From Trichormus sp. ATA11-4-KO1 (GTDB lineage Bacteria; Cyanobacteriota; Cyanobacteriia; Cyanobacteriales; Nostocaceae): a stretch of DNA of 64,000 nucleotides. A program made the translations under genes and the position numbers. Location: assembly GCA_019358915.1 (NCBI GenBank), contig JAHHIM010000016.1, forward strand, positions 26,007 through 90,006. The letters run 5' to 3'. Shown here in pieces: positions 32,943 to 43,029 of the stretch (position 1 is its first letter; each line of letters begins with the position of its first letter). The notes under the pieces were generated by a model. The model had not been told where the DNA came from and did no database searches. It saw nothing but the letters and a program-made list of their open reading frames with translations.

Positions 32943-33106
32943 AGATGTTTTCTCTGTCGAACTCACGTTAAGCTACTGGAATATGGCATTTATTGTTGAT
33001 TTTAGCTCGTCGTCAAAGATCCTAAATAGATTCTATAAGCACGAAGCAATAAGCAGCATCAAATCTACTTACCACTGCCTAAATTTATAGTGGGAATTTA
33101 AATCCT

Positions 33107-33841
33107 TCAAAAGCGTACCTTATACAAATCAAATAATTCTCCTGATTGCTGCTTAACTACTTTTGCACCTGTAGTTTTAATCATTTTTTCCCACTCAACG
33201 ACAGGTTCTAGAAATACCTCAGTACCCAAATATGTTTCCAGAACTGCCCAATCTTCTGCTAGAGGTTGTTCTGGGTTCAGGATGTCAAACACAAAATGTC
33301 CGCCTGATTTCAACACTCGTTTGACTTCTAGCAGTACAGCACTCCAATATTTGAGGGGAAAATAGCAACTGAATCCTGTAGCGATCGCTAAATCAAACTG
33401 GTCTGCTAAATAGTTTAATTGATGCGCTGGCCCCAACTCCACACCTTTGAACAGCTTGGAGTTCAACTGCGGCCCACGAGAAATTAGGGTATCCCGGGCC
33501 ACAGTGCTGATTTCTTGCCCATAAAAATATGCTTGCCAATCCCGCCAAGGATAAATTAACAAGCTGACTCCACAGCCAATGTCCAAACAGTGCTGGTTTT
33601 TTTGAGGTTGAGCAATTTCCCAGAAAGGAGAAACAACTTTACCAGATAAAATACCATTAACCCATTCTTGATATATTGGCATCGCCTGTACTTCTGCTGG
33701 TAGTTCCCATTCTTGATTTTGATACTGTCGATTAAAGCGATAACCTACCTGCTCTACTCTCTCTTGCCAGTTCTCTGAGTGGAGGGGAGTGTGCACAGGA
33801 AAGAGATCACTGGGGATGGGCGAATTACGCTTTTTAGACAT
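33107..33841 (-). CDS. Class I SAM-dependent methyltransferase
   Basis: LDIGCG motif I; RVLK.GG. Confidence 0.88.
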   Translation of the reverse strand: MSKKRNSPIPSDLFPVHTPLHSENWQERVEQVGYRFNRQYQNQEWELPAEVQAMPIYQEWVNGILSGKVVSPFWEIAQPQKNQHCLDIGCGVSLLIYPWRDWQAYFYGQEISTVARDTLISRGPQLNSKLFKGVELGPAHQLNYLADQFDLAIATGFSCYFPLKYWSAVLLEVKRVLKSGGHFVFDILNPEQPLAEDWAVLETYLGTEVFLEPVVEWEKMIKTTGAKVVKQQSGELFDLYKVRF

Positions 33842-34066
33842 TCTGTCTCGTTGCTCCTGGGTACTTCAATCAAGTTCTAGTGTATACAAATAGTCAGAAA
33901 TAGAAGAAAATTCAAAATTAGCTGGCTTTTACTTGTGCACAGACCAGACTTATTTTTGTAGTTATGAGACTGTTTGTTAACAAAAATCAAGGTGACAAAA
34001 ACCGGGTTTCTTTTAATTAGAATTAAGATACCCATTCTATAATTTTTAAAAGCAGGGAAAAGATCA

Positions 34067-34498
34067 ATGATGAATGTGGGATTTTTTAACAGGATTCCTG
34101 TAATGCCCCTGGTATTGCTCTGGTTAGCTTATGCTCTCTTGGGGTGGTATCTTGCTGCTCACCACATCATTTGGCTAGCAGGGGCTTTTGTAGCTGTTGT
34201 GGCGATCGCTATAGTCCGCAAGAGTATTGCTTGGTTGGAGCGGTTGGTGGCATTTGGCTCTAGAATCTTAGTTGTCATCTTATTTTTAAGTATATCAGTT
34301 GCCTTAGTAGAAACTTGGTCGCTATTTTTCAGTCTCTTTCTCATACCCATAGCAACTACATTTTTAGCTGACTTAGAAATGCGTTTTGCTGGCTTCAACA
34401 GGCTTGATTCGTTTTGGATTTTAACTGTCCTGGCGGTGTTTGGTTTAGTAGCGGGAGAATTGATAGATATTTTACTTTTGCCCAGTAGCCGATTTTAG
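34067..34498 (+). CDS. Integral membrane hypothetical protein
   Basis: 4-5 hydrophobic helices. Confidence 0.7.
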   Translation: MMNVGFFNRIPVMPLVLLWLAYALLGWYLAAHHIIWLAGAFVAVVAIAIVRKSIAWLERLVAFGSRILVVILFLSISVALVETWSLFFSLFLIPIATTFLADLEMRFAGFNRLDSFWILTVLAVFGLVAGELIDILLLPSSRF

Positions 34499-34509
34499 AA
34501 TCAAAAGAC

Positions 34510-34899
34510 TTAATCATTTATTTGATAACGTACCAGTTTCCTCACTTCCTCAATTGACATGCCTAACTCTCTGGCGATCGCATTCTCTAGCTGGCTGATA
34601 TCCGTCACAGGAAACTGAAATTTCACATTTTCCTGTGTAGGGTCTATAGCTTTAACCACAACTTCACTCACACCCAATTTTTTATTAACCTCCGCTTGCA
34701 CGGATAATAAATATATCGGCAGATAGAATTCTGGTGGAGCATCAGTCTGGAGTTTATTGACAGTGCCATAAGGTCGGCTCAAAACCTTCTCTGCTAATAA
34801 ATTACCACTAGACCAAAAGACAATCCCCAAAAGAGGTAGAGGTAGCCAGAATTCCCACCCTAAAAAATGTAATAATTTCAGGCAACGGCGTAAGAACAT
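34510..34899 (-). CDS. Membrane-anchored hypothetical protein divergent from the response regulator
   Basis: EFWLPLPLLGIVFW TM segment; start set to ATG 34899. Confidence 0.7.
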   Translation of the reverse strand: MFLRRCLKLLHFLGWEFWLPLPLLGIVFWSSGNLLAEKVLSRPYGTVNKLQTDAPPEFYLPIYLLSVQAEVNKKLGVSEVVVKAIDPTQENVKFQFPVTDISQLENAIARELGMSIEEVRKLVRYQIND

Positions 34900-35041
34900 A
34901 AGGGAACAGGTGACAGGGGACAGGAAAAAACTTAGTAAACACAGTTGTTGGTCTGTTAAAAATCCTACTAGTGGAAGACGCTTTTTTGTGTAAGTTTTTC
35001 TACTCTTGGATGATGAACAATATAGACACAAGCATGTGGCG

Positions 35042-35716
35042 ATGCGAATACTTCTTGTAGAAGATGATGTAGAACAATTAGAACCCCTGCAAACAGCGTT
35101 GTCACAGGCTGGACATATTGTAGACGGAGTGGAAGATGGGGAAGTCGCTCAGTGGGTAATTTCTCAAAGAGATTATGATCTATTGATTCTGGACTGGATG
35201 CTGCCGGAAATTAGTGGATTAGAATTGTGCCGTCAGTATCGGCAAGCAGGTAAAAAAGCACCCATATTAATGCTGACTGCAAAAGATACCACTGTTGATA
35301 AAGTCACAGGTCTGGATGCTGGAGCCGATGATTATCTTGTCAAACCTACAGATGTGTTTGAGTTATTAGCACGGGTACGAGCATTAGGCAGGCGATCGCC
35401 TGTGTGGCAAGGAGAAACTCTCCAGCTTGCTGATTTGCAATTGCACATTTCTACCCTAACAGTAGAACGGGAACAAACATCTGTAGAGTTATCTACCCGT
35501 GAATTTCAATTACTAGAGTACCTAATGCACCACCCACGTCAGATTCTCAGCCGTAACCAAATAGAACAAGCATTATGGGAGTGGGGTAGCGAACCAGAAA
35601 GCAACGCTACAACAACTCTAGTCCGCCGTCTACGACAGCGCTTACAAGTAGTAGGTGCAGCTGACTGGATTGAAACAGTTTATGGCACGGGTTATCGAAT
35701 TAATCCCAGGGAGTAG
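35042..35716 (+). CDS. OmpR-family response regulator (RppA/NrsR-like)
   Basis: ILLVEDD, LDWMLP, GADDYLVKP, IETVYGTGYR. Confidence 0.93.
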   Translation: MRILLVEDDVEQLEPLQTALSQAGHIVDGVEDGEVAQWVISQRDYDLLILDWMLPEISGLELCRQYRQAGKKAPILMLTAKDTTVDKVTGLDAGADDYLVKPTDVFELLARVRALGRRSPVWQGETLQLADLQLHISTLTVEREQTSVELSTREFQLLEYLMHHPRQILSRNQIEQALWEWGSEPESNATTTLVRRLRQRLQVVGAADWIETVYGTGYRINPRE

Positions 35717-35725
35717 GGAGCAGGG

Positions 35726-35898
35726 CAGGGCTGTTTCATTCGCTTGTGTTGGAGATTTGTCAAGAGGATAATCTCACGCAAAGGCGCAAAGACGCAAAGA
35801 AAAATCAGGTATTTCGGACTGAAGATGCCAAAATTTTCGGTCTTAATTGTGGATTTGCCCTTGCAATTTTAACCCTTTTAGGGAACGAATCAGCCCTG
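35726..35898. mobile_element. 173-bp MITE, copy 1, with 10-bp target duplication
   Basis: cagggctgtttcattc ... gaacgaatcagccctg flanked by GGGAGCAGGG on both sides; near-identical to 42012-42184. Confidence 0.92.
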
Positions 35899-36089
35899 GG
35901 GAGCAGGGGGCAAGGGGAGCAGGGGAGATTACTAATATAAGTTCTTTCCCCTCTGCTCCCCATTTCCTCTGCCTCTCTGCCTGTTTTAACCCACTCCCTG
36001 GTTACTGAGCGCAGTCGAAGTACACTCCCCATCTCCCCTAACAAGGCAAAATTAAAAAAAGAACTCTGCTGTTTTGCCTTTTCCAACAC

Positions 36090-37373
36090 ATGTTTAACCG
36101 TAGCCGTCGCAATTTGGCCCGTTGGTTTACCCTTTCAATGGGCGGTATTCTTATAGTATTTGCCGGCACGCTCTACTACCAAGAAGTACTTCAGCAGTTA
36201 GAGGTCATAGATTTACTGCTGTACAAAAAAGCTAGGGTAATTGCCGGAAATGTCAAGTACAAACTGCGTCAAGGTCAAGAGCAAGTATTTCTTAACAATG
36301 TGCCTCTGTTGGGAAATAACCCACCACCCCTAGATAGTGAAGTCGTCTACGCCCGTTGGTATGATGCTAAAGGTCAGCTCCAGCGATTTTTTGGTACGCC
36401 TCCCAAAGAAAGGTTGAGCAAAACATTAGAATTTCAGACGATTAAGATTACCGAAAAGTTAGATTCATCGTCATTACAAGTTATTTGGCTACGTCAAATT
36501 ACGCTTCCAGTTCAGCACAATGGTCAGTTAATCGGCTATCTGCAAATGGCACTCCCGATGACTCGCGCCCAAGAGTCTTTACGCCAGTTTCTGCTGTTAT
36601 TAGTGTTGATGGTGTTAATTGCCTTAGGCGTAACGAGCCTTACAGGTTGGTTTCTAGGAGGACTGGCGATGTTGCCGATTCGCTACAGTTACCAACAACT
36701 CCAGCGCTTCACGGCTAATGCTTCCCATGAATTACGTGCCCCTTTAGCAGCAATACTCAGTAATGCTCAGGTAGGTTTGCTAGCTCCTATTGAGGATAGT
36801 TCTACCAAGCATCTGCGTTTACAAAAGACTGTAGAAGTTGCCAAATCGATGAATACCCTAATTGGCAACTTGCTCTTTTTGGCGCGTCGGGCTGGGCGTT
36901 TACTTCCTGAATCTCTGCCAGAAGTTGATTTGAGTGATTTACTAGGGGAATTATTGGACTCCCAAACTCTCAAGGCTGCTGCTCAACATTTGCAACTCAA
37001 GAGTGATTTACCAGCACAGCCAATTGTGCTGAATGCAGATCCTGATCTCTTATGTCAAGCAGTAATGAATTTACTTAACAATGCCTGTAAATATACTCCA
37101 TCTGGCGGGTTGGTAATGTTGCGCTTATTTACTGAGTATGGTCAGGCAATAATTCAAGTTGAAGATAATGGTATAGGCATTCTACCAGAAGATTTACCCC
37201 ACATTTTCGAGCGATTTTATCGAGTGGATAAGCAACGGACACGTTCTGCTGGTGGCTTTGGCTTAGGATTAGCGATCGCTCAACAAATTGTTGTAGCTCA
37301 TGATGGTCATCTCAGTGTCAAAAGTTCACTGGGACAAGGTTCTTTGTTTCAGATTGAGTTGCCATTGCTGTGA
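36090..37373 (+). CDS. Membrane sensor histidine kinase (RppB/NrsS-like)
   Basis: Two TMs, [13 protein letters not shown]-box, N/G1/F/G2 boxes. Confidence 0.93.
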   Translation: MFNRSRRNLARWFTLSMGGILIVFAGTLYYQEVLQQLEVIDLLLYKKARVIAGNVKYKLRQGQEQVFLNNVPLLGNNPPPLDSEVVYARWYDAKGQLQRFFGTPPKERLSKTLEFQTIKITEKLDSSSLQVIWLRQITLPVQHNGQLIGYLQMALPMTRAQESLRQFLLLLVLMVLIALGVTSLTGWFLGGLAMLPIRYSYQQLQRFTANASHELRAPLAAILSNAQVGLLAPIEDSSTKHLRLQKTVEVAKSMNTLIGNLLFLARRAGRLLPESLPEVDLSDLLGELLDSQTLKAAAQHLQLKSDLPAQPIVLNADPDLLCQAVMNLLNNACKYTPSGGLVMLRLFTEYGQAIIQVEDNGIGILPEDLPHIFERFYRVDKQRTRSAGGFGLGLAIAQQIVVAHDGHLSVKSSLGQGSLFQIELPLL

Positions 37374-37383
37374 AAAATATCAG

Positions 37384-37418
37384 CTTGTCATCTGATAGTC
37401 ACATTTGTTGTTTATACT
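37384..37418 (+). promoter_or_regulatory. Putative OmpR-type direct-repeat operator and -10 box upstream of mgtE
   Basis: cttGTCAtctgataGTCAcatttgttgttTATACT, 11-bp period; aligns with 38391-38425. Confidence 0.6.
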
Positions 37419-37492
37419 TGTCCAAACAAGTAAACATTAAAAAACAAATTAGTTGAGAAAAACTGCTTTAATTACAATGCTCCGGTTCGCCT

Positions 37493-37927
37493 ATGGAAAG
37501 CAGATCCCGACAAGACTTACAGGAGCTAGTCCGCGAACAGCTTCAGGTATTACTCGAACAAAAGAACTTTCAGGGTGCTAAAGCTTTATTAGTTCCTGTT
37601 CAGGTTGCAGATATCGCCGAAGCCATTGAAGGTTTGCCAGAGGCTATGCAAGCGATCACCGGCATCTTGCTAGGAACAATGTTAGGTATAGTAATAGTGT
37701 GGGCATTCTTTTTGCAAGGAAGTTGGTTAGTAGCGATCGCTGTAGGTATTAGTCTATTTTCTATTTGCGTTTTAGCCTCAATCTCTGGTTCTGCTTTGCC
37801 GTTTCTGTTTCGCGCTCTTAGGCTAGATCCAGCTTTGATGTCTGCTCCATTTATTACTACTGCCGTTGACGTGTTGGGAGTTTTGATTTACCTCAACGTA
37901 GCGAGATGGATTTTACAGTTTTCTTAA
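37493..37927 (+). pseudogene. mgtE: MgtE magnesium transporter with a large in-frame internal deletion
   Basis: MgtE N-domain start (ADIAEAIEGLP) fused directly to the last TMs (DPALMSAPFITTAVDVLG); CBS domains and first TMs missing. Confidence 0.82.
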
Positions 37928-38390
37928 TATTTTCTTGGCTATCAAGTTGAACCAGAAGGAAGAAGGATGAATTTGCATGGGGATTCCGACCACTTTTGTG
38001 GTTCAAAGGTTATTTTTTTTACCACTAAGACACTAAGACACCAAGAAAAGTATATTACACCTTGAAAGGGCTAATCCATCTGTAGCCATTATTTTTTTAA
38101 TTAAACATCTCCGACAGAGAAAGAGAAGTTTTATGATTTCTCTACAAGGGTTTTGGAAAAAGCATATTTAAATTCGGTCGATATCTATTCTTCTTACTTA
38201 AGAAGCATCAAATTTCATGGGGATGACCGGAGAACGTATATTTGTCCTAAGTTTTCATAATTGTATATTATACCAATAATAGTACTTCAAAAGACATAAA
38301 TTTTTGAATTAAAAATACTGAATAAGATAGATTTATCAGCTTATATATTAATTACATTAATACTGTTTGGCGTTTAATCTTGTATTCCTC

Positions 38391-38425
38391 CTTGTCACTT
38401 TTGGGTCACATTTATTGTTAACAAT
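38391..38425 (+). promoter_or_regulatory. Second copy of the direct-repeat operator, upstream of the beta-barrel gene
   Basis: cttGTCActtttggGTCAcatttattgttaacaat. Confidence 0.6.
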
Positions 38426-38521
38426 GAATATATGGGATTACTAAGTGAATTCCATGTAGACCACGCTCGGAAAACTTGTGCCAACTTTCAGTTTTAGACC
38501 AACGACTTACCAGAATTCATC

Positions 38522-39205
38522 ATGACTATCAATCTTGTCAATAAAACTGTTTCCTACTTGGGTCTGACAACTGCAATAGTTGGTTTGAGTATATTCCCAG
38601 CTCATGCGGAAAAACCAAGCGAAATAGTTTCTAGGGACTCACAAACAATATCGTTTCCTAGTACAAATGAGACTACTTCATCCGTTGATTTGCAAGTAGA
38701 CCCAAACACCCAAACTGTCTCCCAAAATAACCCAACTGTTGAACAACCAGCACCGGCTACTCTAACAGCGCAAGAAATTGCGCCTGGTACAGCTACCCGT
38801 TCAGGGCCCAGCTATATCGGAGTTGGTGGCAATATTGGGTTTGGTGGTAACACTACACTCAGTCAAGGTTCCTTCGCTGTATTTAGCAAAATTGGTTTGA
38901 CCAATAACTTCTCTGCTCGTCCTGCGGCTTTTCTGGGCGACGAGCAAGTTTTTCTCATTCCCTTAACGGTTGACTTTCCAGTTCAATCAGTTACGGAAAC
39001 TGGAGAACAACAAATTAATGTCGCTCCCTATCTAGGTGGCGGGGCTGCCATTTCCACTGGTCGGGATAGCTCTGTGGGTGTTTTACTGACTGGTGGTGTT
39101 GATGTTCCCGTATCACCTCAATTTACAGCAACGGCTGGTATCAACGTCGGTTTTGTTGATGAAACTGAGGTGGGGCTACTGCTAGGCGTTGGTTACAACT
39201 TCTAG
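38522..39205 (+). CDS. Probable small outer-membrane beta-barrel protein
   Basis: Signal peptide ending AHA; amphipathic strands; C-terminal GVGYNF beta-signal. Confidence 0.75.
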   Translation: MTINLVNKTVSYLGLTTAIVGLSIFPAHAEKPSEIVSRDSQTISFPSTNETTSSVDLQVDPNTQTVSQNNPTVEQPAPATLTAQEIAPGTATRSGPSYIGVGGNIGFGGNTTLSQGSFAVFSKIGLTNNFSARPAAFLGDEQVFLIPLTVDFPVQSVTETGEQQINVAPYLGGGAAISTGRDSSVGVLLTGGVDVPVSPQFTATAGINVGFVDETEVGLLLGVGYNF

Positions 39206-39249
39206 GCTAAATGCAGGTATTAAATTATGAACCCTTGGAGGTTTTATCT

Positions 39250-39660
39250 ATGAATCAGCGATTTTTAGTCAAACTGGCGATCGCCCCCATAGCAACTGTA
39301 ATACCTGTGCTGTTGTCAATTCCCGAATTGGCATTAGCACAAACAACTAGAATTGTTGACTTACAACGCCCTAGAGGCGTAACCATCACTGGACAAGTAG
39401 AAAGTATTGTCGGCAATGATTTCGTCCTGAATGATGGCTCAGGAAAAATTATTGTCGATGCCGGCCCCCGTTGGTGGCATAGCGTTGACCTTTCACAAGG
39501 AGAGCGAGTCACCATCGTTGGTGAATTGGGGAAGAGAGGCGACGAATTTGATGCTTTTACCATCACTCGTGCTGATGGCTCAGTAATTCAAATTCGCCCT
39601 GCTGAAGGGCCACCACCTTGGGCTGGTGGTTCAAGGCGAAGCCCAAAACCTAAAAAGTAG
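39250..39660 (+). CDS. Periplasmic OB-fold protein (YdeI/YgiW-like)
   Basis: Signal peptide (ALA); VTITGQV...F.L.DGSG.I.VD...VTIVGE. Confidence 0.72.
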   Translation: MNQRFLVKLAIAPIATVIPVLLSIPELALAQTTRIVDLQRPRGVTITGQVESIVGNDFVLNDGSGKIIVDAGPRWWHSVDLSQGERVTIVGELGKRGDEFDAFTITRADGSVIQIRPAEGPPPWAGGSRRSPKPKK

Positions 39661-39855
39661 TGCTGAGTTATGAGTGCTGAGTGCTGAGTGGAAAATACAA
39701 ATACACACTAGCTTAAGAGTTTATTTATGCTCTTCTGACTCAGTACGGGCTATAAGTGCCTTTATAACACTCAGCACTTTTTTAGTGAATTTTCATGTCT
39801 TGAGTATACCGAGGAAGATTCTTCGTTCAACACTCAACACTAATGAGGTTTTAAT

Positions 39856-41214
39856 GTGAGTAGCCAAGAACACTACAAATTAGTTGAGTTAGGAGCGACA
39901 GATGAAACAGCAGCGCCTAAGCAATTACTGACATTACCAGACGCAGTAGCTCTAATTGTTGGCATTGTGATCGGGGCAGGAATTTTCCAAACTCCTGCTT
40001 TAGTGGCAGCTCAAGCAGGCGGTGATATGGCTGTACTGTTGTTGTGGCTGGCTGGTGGTGCAGTATCTTTTGTAGGAGCATTGTGCTATGCAGAGTTAGC
40101 GACAACTTATCCCAATGTGGGAGGTGTCTACTATTACTTAAAGCGTGCATTCGGGCGAGGAGTTGCGTTTTTATTTGCCTGGGCGCGGATGACCGTGATT
40201 CAAACAGGTTCGCTGGTATTACTGGCATTCGTTTTTGGTGACTATGCTTCTCAGATATGGCGCATAGGTAATTTTTCGTCTTCTATTTATGCAGCAGGTG
40301 CGATCGCGCTTTTAACTACTTTGAATATCCTCGGTTTGCAACAAGGTAAGTGGACACAAAACTTACTGACTGCGGCAAAAGTTTTGGGCTTATTACTAGT
40401 GGTATTTTTGGGACTAGCTGCTATGCCAAATTCTACTGTGCCAACAGAACCAACATCATCAGGCACTTGGGGCTTGGCGATGGTGTTTGTGTTGCTGTCC
40501 TACGGTGGCTGGAACGAGGCGGCGTATATCTCGGCAGAAATACACAACAGACAACGCAACATTTTGCGATCGCTACTCTGGAGCATTGGCATTATCACTG
40601 CCATTTATTTGCTAATTAATCTCGCTTATCTGCGAGGACTGGGATTAGCAAACATGGCCAACTCAGAAGCAGTAGCCGCAGATTTAATGCGCTCTCTTTG
40701 GGGTGAACCAGGAGCCTGGTTTGTCAGCCTGCTGATTGCAGTTTCTACCCTAGGAGCAATCAACGCGACAATTTTTACCGGGGCGCGTACTAACTACGCT
40801 CTAGGTCAAGATTTTTCGCTGTTTAGATTTATGGGACATTGGCAGCAACGTCACAGCACTCCTACCCAAGCCTTACTATTACAACTAGCGATCGCCTTAG
40901 CACTAGTGTTTTTAGGCACTATTACCCGTAGAGGGTTTGAAACCATGGTGGATTACACCGCCCCCGTGTTTTGGTTTTTCTTCTTACTTTCGGGTGTATC
41001 ACTGCTAGTGCTGCGCATACGCGAGCCTTACATGCTGCGACCGTTTCGTGTGCCGTTTTATCCTGTGACACCGTTGCTTTTTTGTGCCGTCTGTGGCTAC
41101 CTGCTTTACTCCAGTTTGGTTTATACCAATGTGGGGGCAATTGTAGGTGTTTTAGTTGTGGCAGCAGGAATTCCACTGCTGCTCTGGAATCGCTATCGTC
41201 AACAGAGAATGTGA
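39856..41214 (+). CDS. APC-superfamily amino acid permease
   Basis: GIVIGAGIF, YAELAT.YP..GG, YGGWN, RPFRVP; about 12 TMs. Confidence 0.92.
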   Translation: MSSQEHYKLVELGATDETAAPKQLLTLPDAVALIVGIVIGAGIFQTPALVAAQAGGDMAVLLLWLAGGAVSFVGALCYAELATTYPNVGGVYYYLKRAFGRGVAFLFAWARMTVIQTGSLVLLAFVFGDYASQIWRIGNFSSSIYAAGAIALLTTLNILGLQQGKWTQNLLTAAKVLGLLLVVFLGLAAMPNSTVPTEPTSSGTWGLAMVFVLLSYGGWNEAAYISAEIHNRQRNILRSLLWSIGIITAIYLLINLAYLRGLGLANMANSEAVAADLMRSLWGEPGAWFVSLLIAVSTLGAINATIFTGARTNYALGQDFSLFRFMGHWQQRHSTPTQALLLQLAIALALVFLGTITRRGFETMVDYTAPVFWFFFLLSGVSLLVLRIREPYMLRPFRVPFYPVTPLLFCAVCGYLLYSSLVYTNVGAIVGVLVVAAGIPLLLWNRYRQQRM

Positions 41215-41296
41215 GGGATAGGGAGGATATTAGTATAATTTCTTTCCCTATTCCCCAATTTCTGACCACTGATTACTATTGACAAGGAGAAAACTC

Positions 41297-41947
41297 ATGA
41301 GCTTCAAAAAAATCCTGTTTTTACTGGCTACAGGAGTTAGTCTTACCAGCCTGGGAATTGTTGGATGCACGCCTCAACAACGGGACTTTGAAGCAGGTAC
41401 ACAACCGTCTACTTTGACTGGACAAACTGAAACATCAACCCCTGCACCGACAACTCAACCCCAAGAACGTCCTGGTGATGTGCCTTTTGTTCCAACACCA
41501 CAATCAGTAGTGGATGCCATGTTGGAAGTGGCAAAAGTTGGCAAAGATGATGTGCTTTATGATCTGGGCAGTGGTGACGGACGAATAGTGAATACAGCCG
41601 CCCAAAAGTATGGCACACGCGGAGTAGGGATAGATATAAATCCAGAACTTGTCCAAGAAGCTAGAGAAAATGCCGAAAAGGCAGGAGTTGCAGATCGTGT
41701 GCAATTTGTGCAGCAAGACTTGTTCAAATCTGACTTTAGTGAAGCCACAGTAGTCACACTCTACCTACTACCTGATATCAACCTCAAACTCCGTCCTCAG
41801 CTATTGCAACAACTCAAACCAGGGACTCGAATTGTCTCTCATGCTTTCACTATGGGCGATTGGGAACCAGAGCAGACGCTCCAAGTGGATGGAAGAACAA
41901 TTTATTATTGGGTAGTTCCTGAAGAAATACCAGCTAATTTGCGATAA
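41297..41947 (+). CDS. Lipoprotein class I SAM methyltransferase (aKMT/FAM173-like)
   Basis: IVGC lipobox, PFVPTP, YDLGSGDGRI, ATVVTLYL, LKPGTRIVSH; AGGAGA RBS. Confidence 0.85.
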   Translation: MSFKKILFLLATGVSLTSLGIVGCTPQQRDFEAGTQPSTLTGQTETSTPAPTTQPQERPGDVPFVPTPQSVVDAMLEVAKVGKDDVLYDLGSGDGRIVNTAAQKYGTRGVGIDINPELVQEARENAEKAGVADRVQFVQQDLFKSDFSEATVVTLYLLPDINLKLRPQLLQQLKPGTRIVSHAFTMGDWEPEQTLQVDGRTIYYWVVPEEIPANLR

Positions 41948-42011
41948 GACATAGGGGCAGAGGAGCGGAGGAGAGTACTAATATAAGTTCTTTCCCGCTC
42001 CCCTTGTCCCC

Positions 42012-42184
42012 CAGGGCTGATTCGTTCCCTAAAAGGGTTAAAATTGCAAGGGCAAATCCACAATTAAGACCAAAAATTTTGGCATCTTCAGTCCGAAATA
42101 CCTGATTTTTCTTTGCGTCTTTGCGCCTTTGCGTGAGATTATCCTCTTGACAAATCTCCAACACAAGCGAATGAAACAGCCCTG
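42012..42184. mobile_element. 173-bp MITE, copy 2 (inverted relative to copy 1), with 10-bp target duplication
   Basis: Flanked by CCTTGTCCCC on both sides; reverse complement of 35726-35898 with one mismatch noticed. Confidence 0.92.
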
Positions 42185-42219
42185 CCTTGTCCCCCCACTC
42201 CCCACTCCCCAAAAGAGCC

Positions 42220-43029
42220 ATGAAAGGATTACAAGGAAAAAATGCCTTAATTACAGGCGCAACCTCAGGTATTGGTCAGGCGATCGCGGTGAAACTTGCC
42301 GAAGAAGGATGTAACATCGCCATTAATTACCGCAAAAACCCTGAATCAGGGTCAGATACGGAAGAAATGGCAGTGCAAAAAGCCTGTGCAGATATCGAAA
42401 ATTGTGGTATGCAGTCGTTATTGGTGCAGGGCGATGTCTCCCAAGAATCAGACATTGTGACTATGGTCAACAGTGTAATTGAGAAATTTGGTAGTTTAGA
42501 TATTCTAGTCAATAATGCAGGTATTCAAATAGAATCCCCATCCCACGAAGTTAGTACCGCAGACTTCGACAAGGTAATTGCAGTCAACCTCCGGGGTGCT
42601 TTTCTCTGTGCCCGTGAAACTATCAAACACCTTTTATCTCAAAACCGTTCTGGGGTGATTATCAATATTTCCAGCGTTCACGAAATTATCCCTAGACCCA
42701 TGTATATCAGCTATTCTATTAGCAAAGGTGGGATGGAAAACCTCACCAAAACCCTAGCATTGGAATATGCGAACCAAGGTATTCGAGTGAATGCTGTAGC
42801 ACCGGGGGCTACAATCACACCTATCAATCAAGCTTGGACAGATGACCCGGAAAAAAAGACCGAGGTGGAAAGTCACATCCCCATGTGTCGTGCTGGTACA
42901 ACCGAAGAAATGGCAGCAGCAGTAGCTTTTTTAGCTTCCGATGAAGCTGCCTACATCACCGGTCAAACTCTATTTGTAGATGGTGGTCTAACTTTATACG
43001 CTGACTTCCGGGAAGCTTGGTCAGCTTGA
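42220..43029 (+). CDS. SDR oxidoreductase, glucose 1-dehydrogenase-like
   Basis: TGATSGIG, NNAG, SSVHE, YSISK. Confidence 0.88.
   Translation: MKGLQGKNALITGATSGIGQAIAVKLAEEGCNIAINYRKNPESGSDTEEMAVQKACADIENCGMQSLLVQGDVSQESDIVTMVNSVIEKFGSLDILVNNAGIQIESPSHEVSTADFDKVIAVNLRGAFLCARETIKHLLSQNRSGVIINISSVHEIIPRPMYISYSISKGGMENLTKTLALEYANQGIRVNAVAPGATITPINQAWTDDPEKKTEVESHIPMCRAGTTEEMAAAVAFLASDEAAYITGQTLFVDGGLTLYADFREAWSA

Noticed and set aside
31455..32972. HxlR/oxidoreductase pair as an integron cassette or complete TIR element
   Set aside because: Left side matches the right end for only about 6 bp, there is no target duplication and no integrase; only the solo right end is kept
35746..36089. ORFs 35746-35940, 35805-36089, 41934-42221 and 42129-42314
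   Set aside because: They are translations of MITE and heptamer-repeat DNA
38000..38240. Possible degenerate MITEs between mgtE and the beta-barrel gene
   Set aside because: Inverted ends are short and mismatched and no target duplication could be fixed
35726..42184. Composite transposon bounded by the two 173-bp MITEs
   Set aside because: Each copy has its own distinct 10-bp target duplication, so they inserted independently
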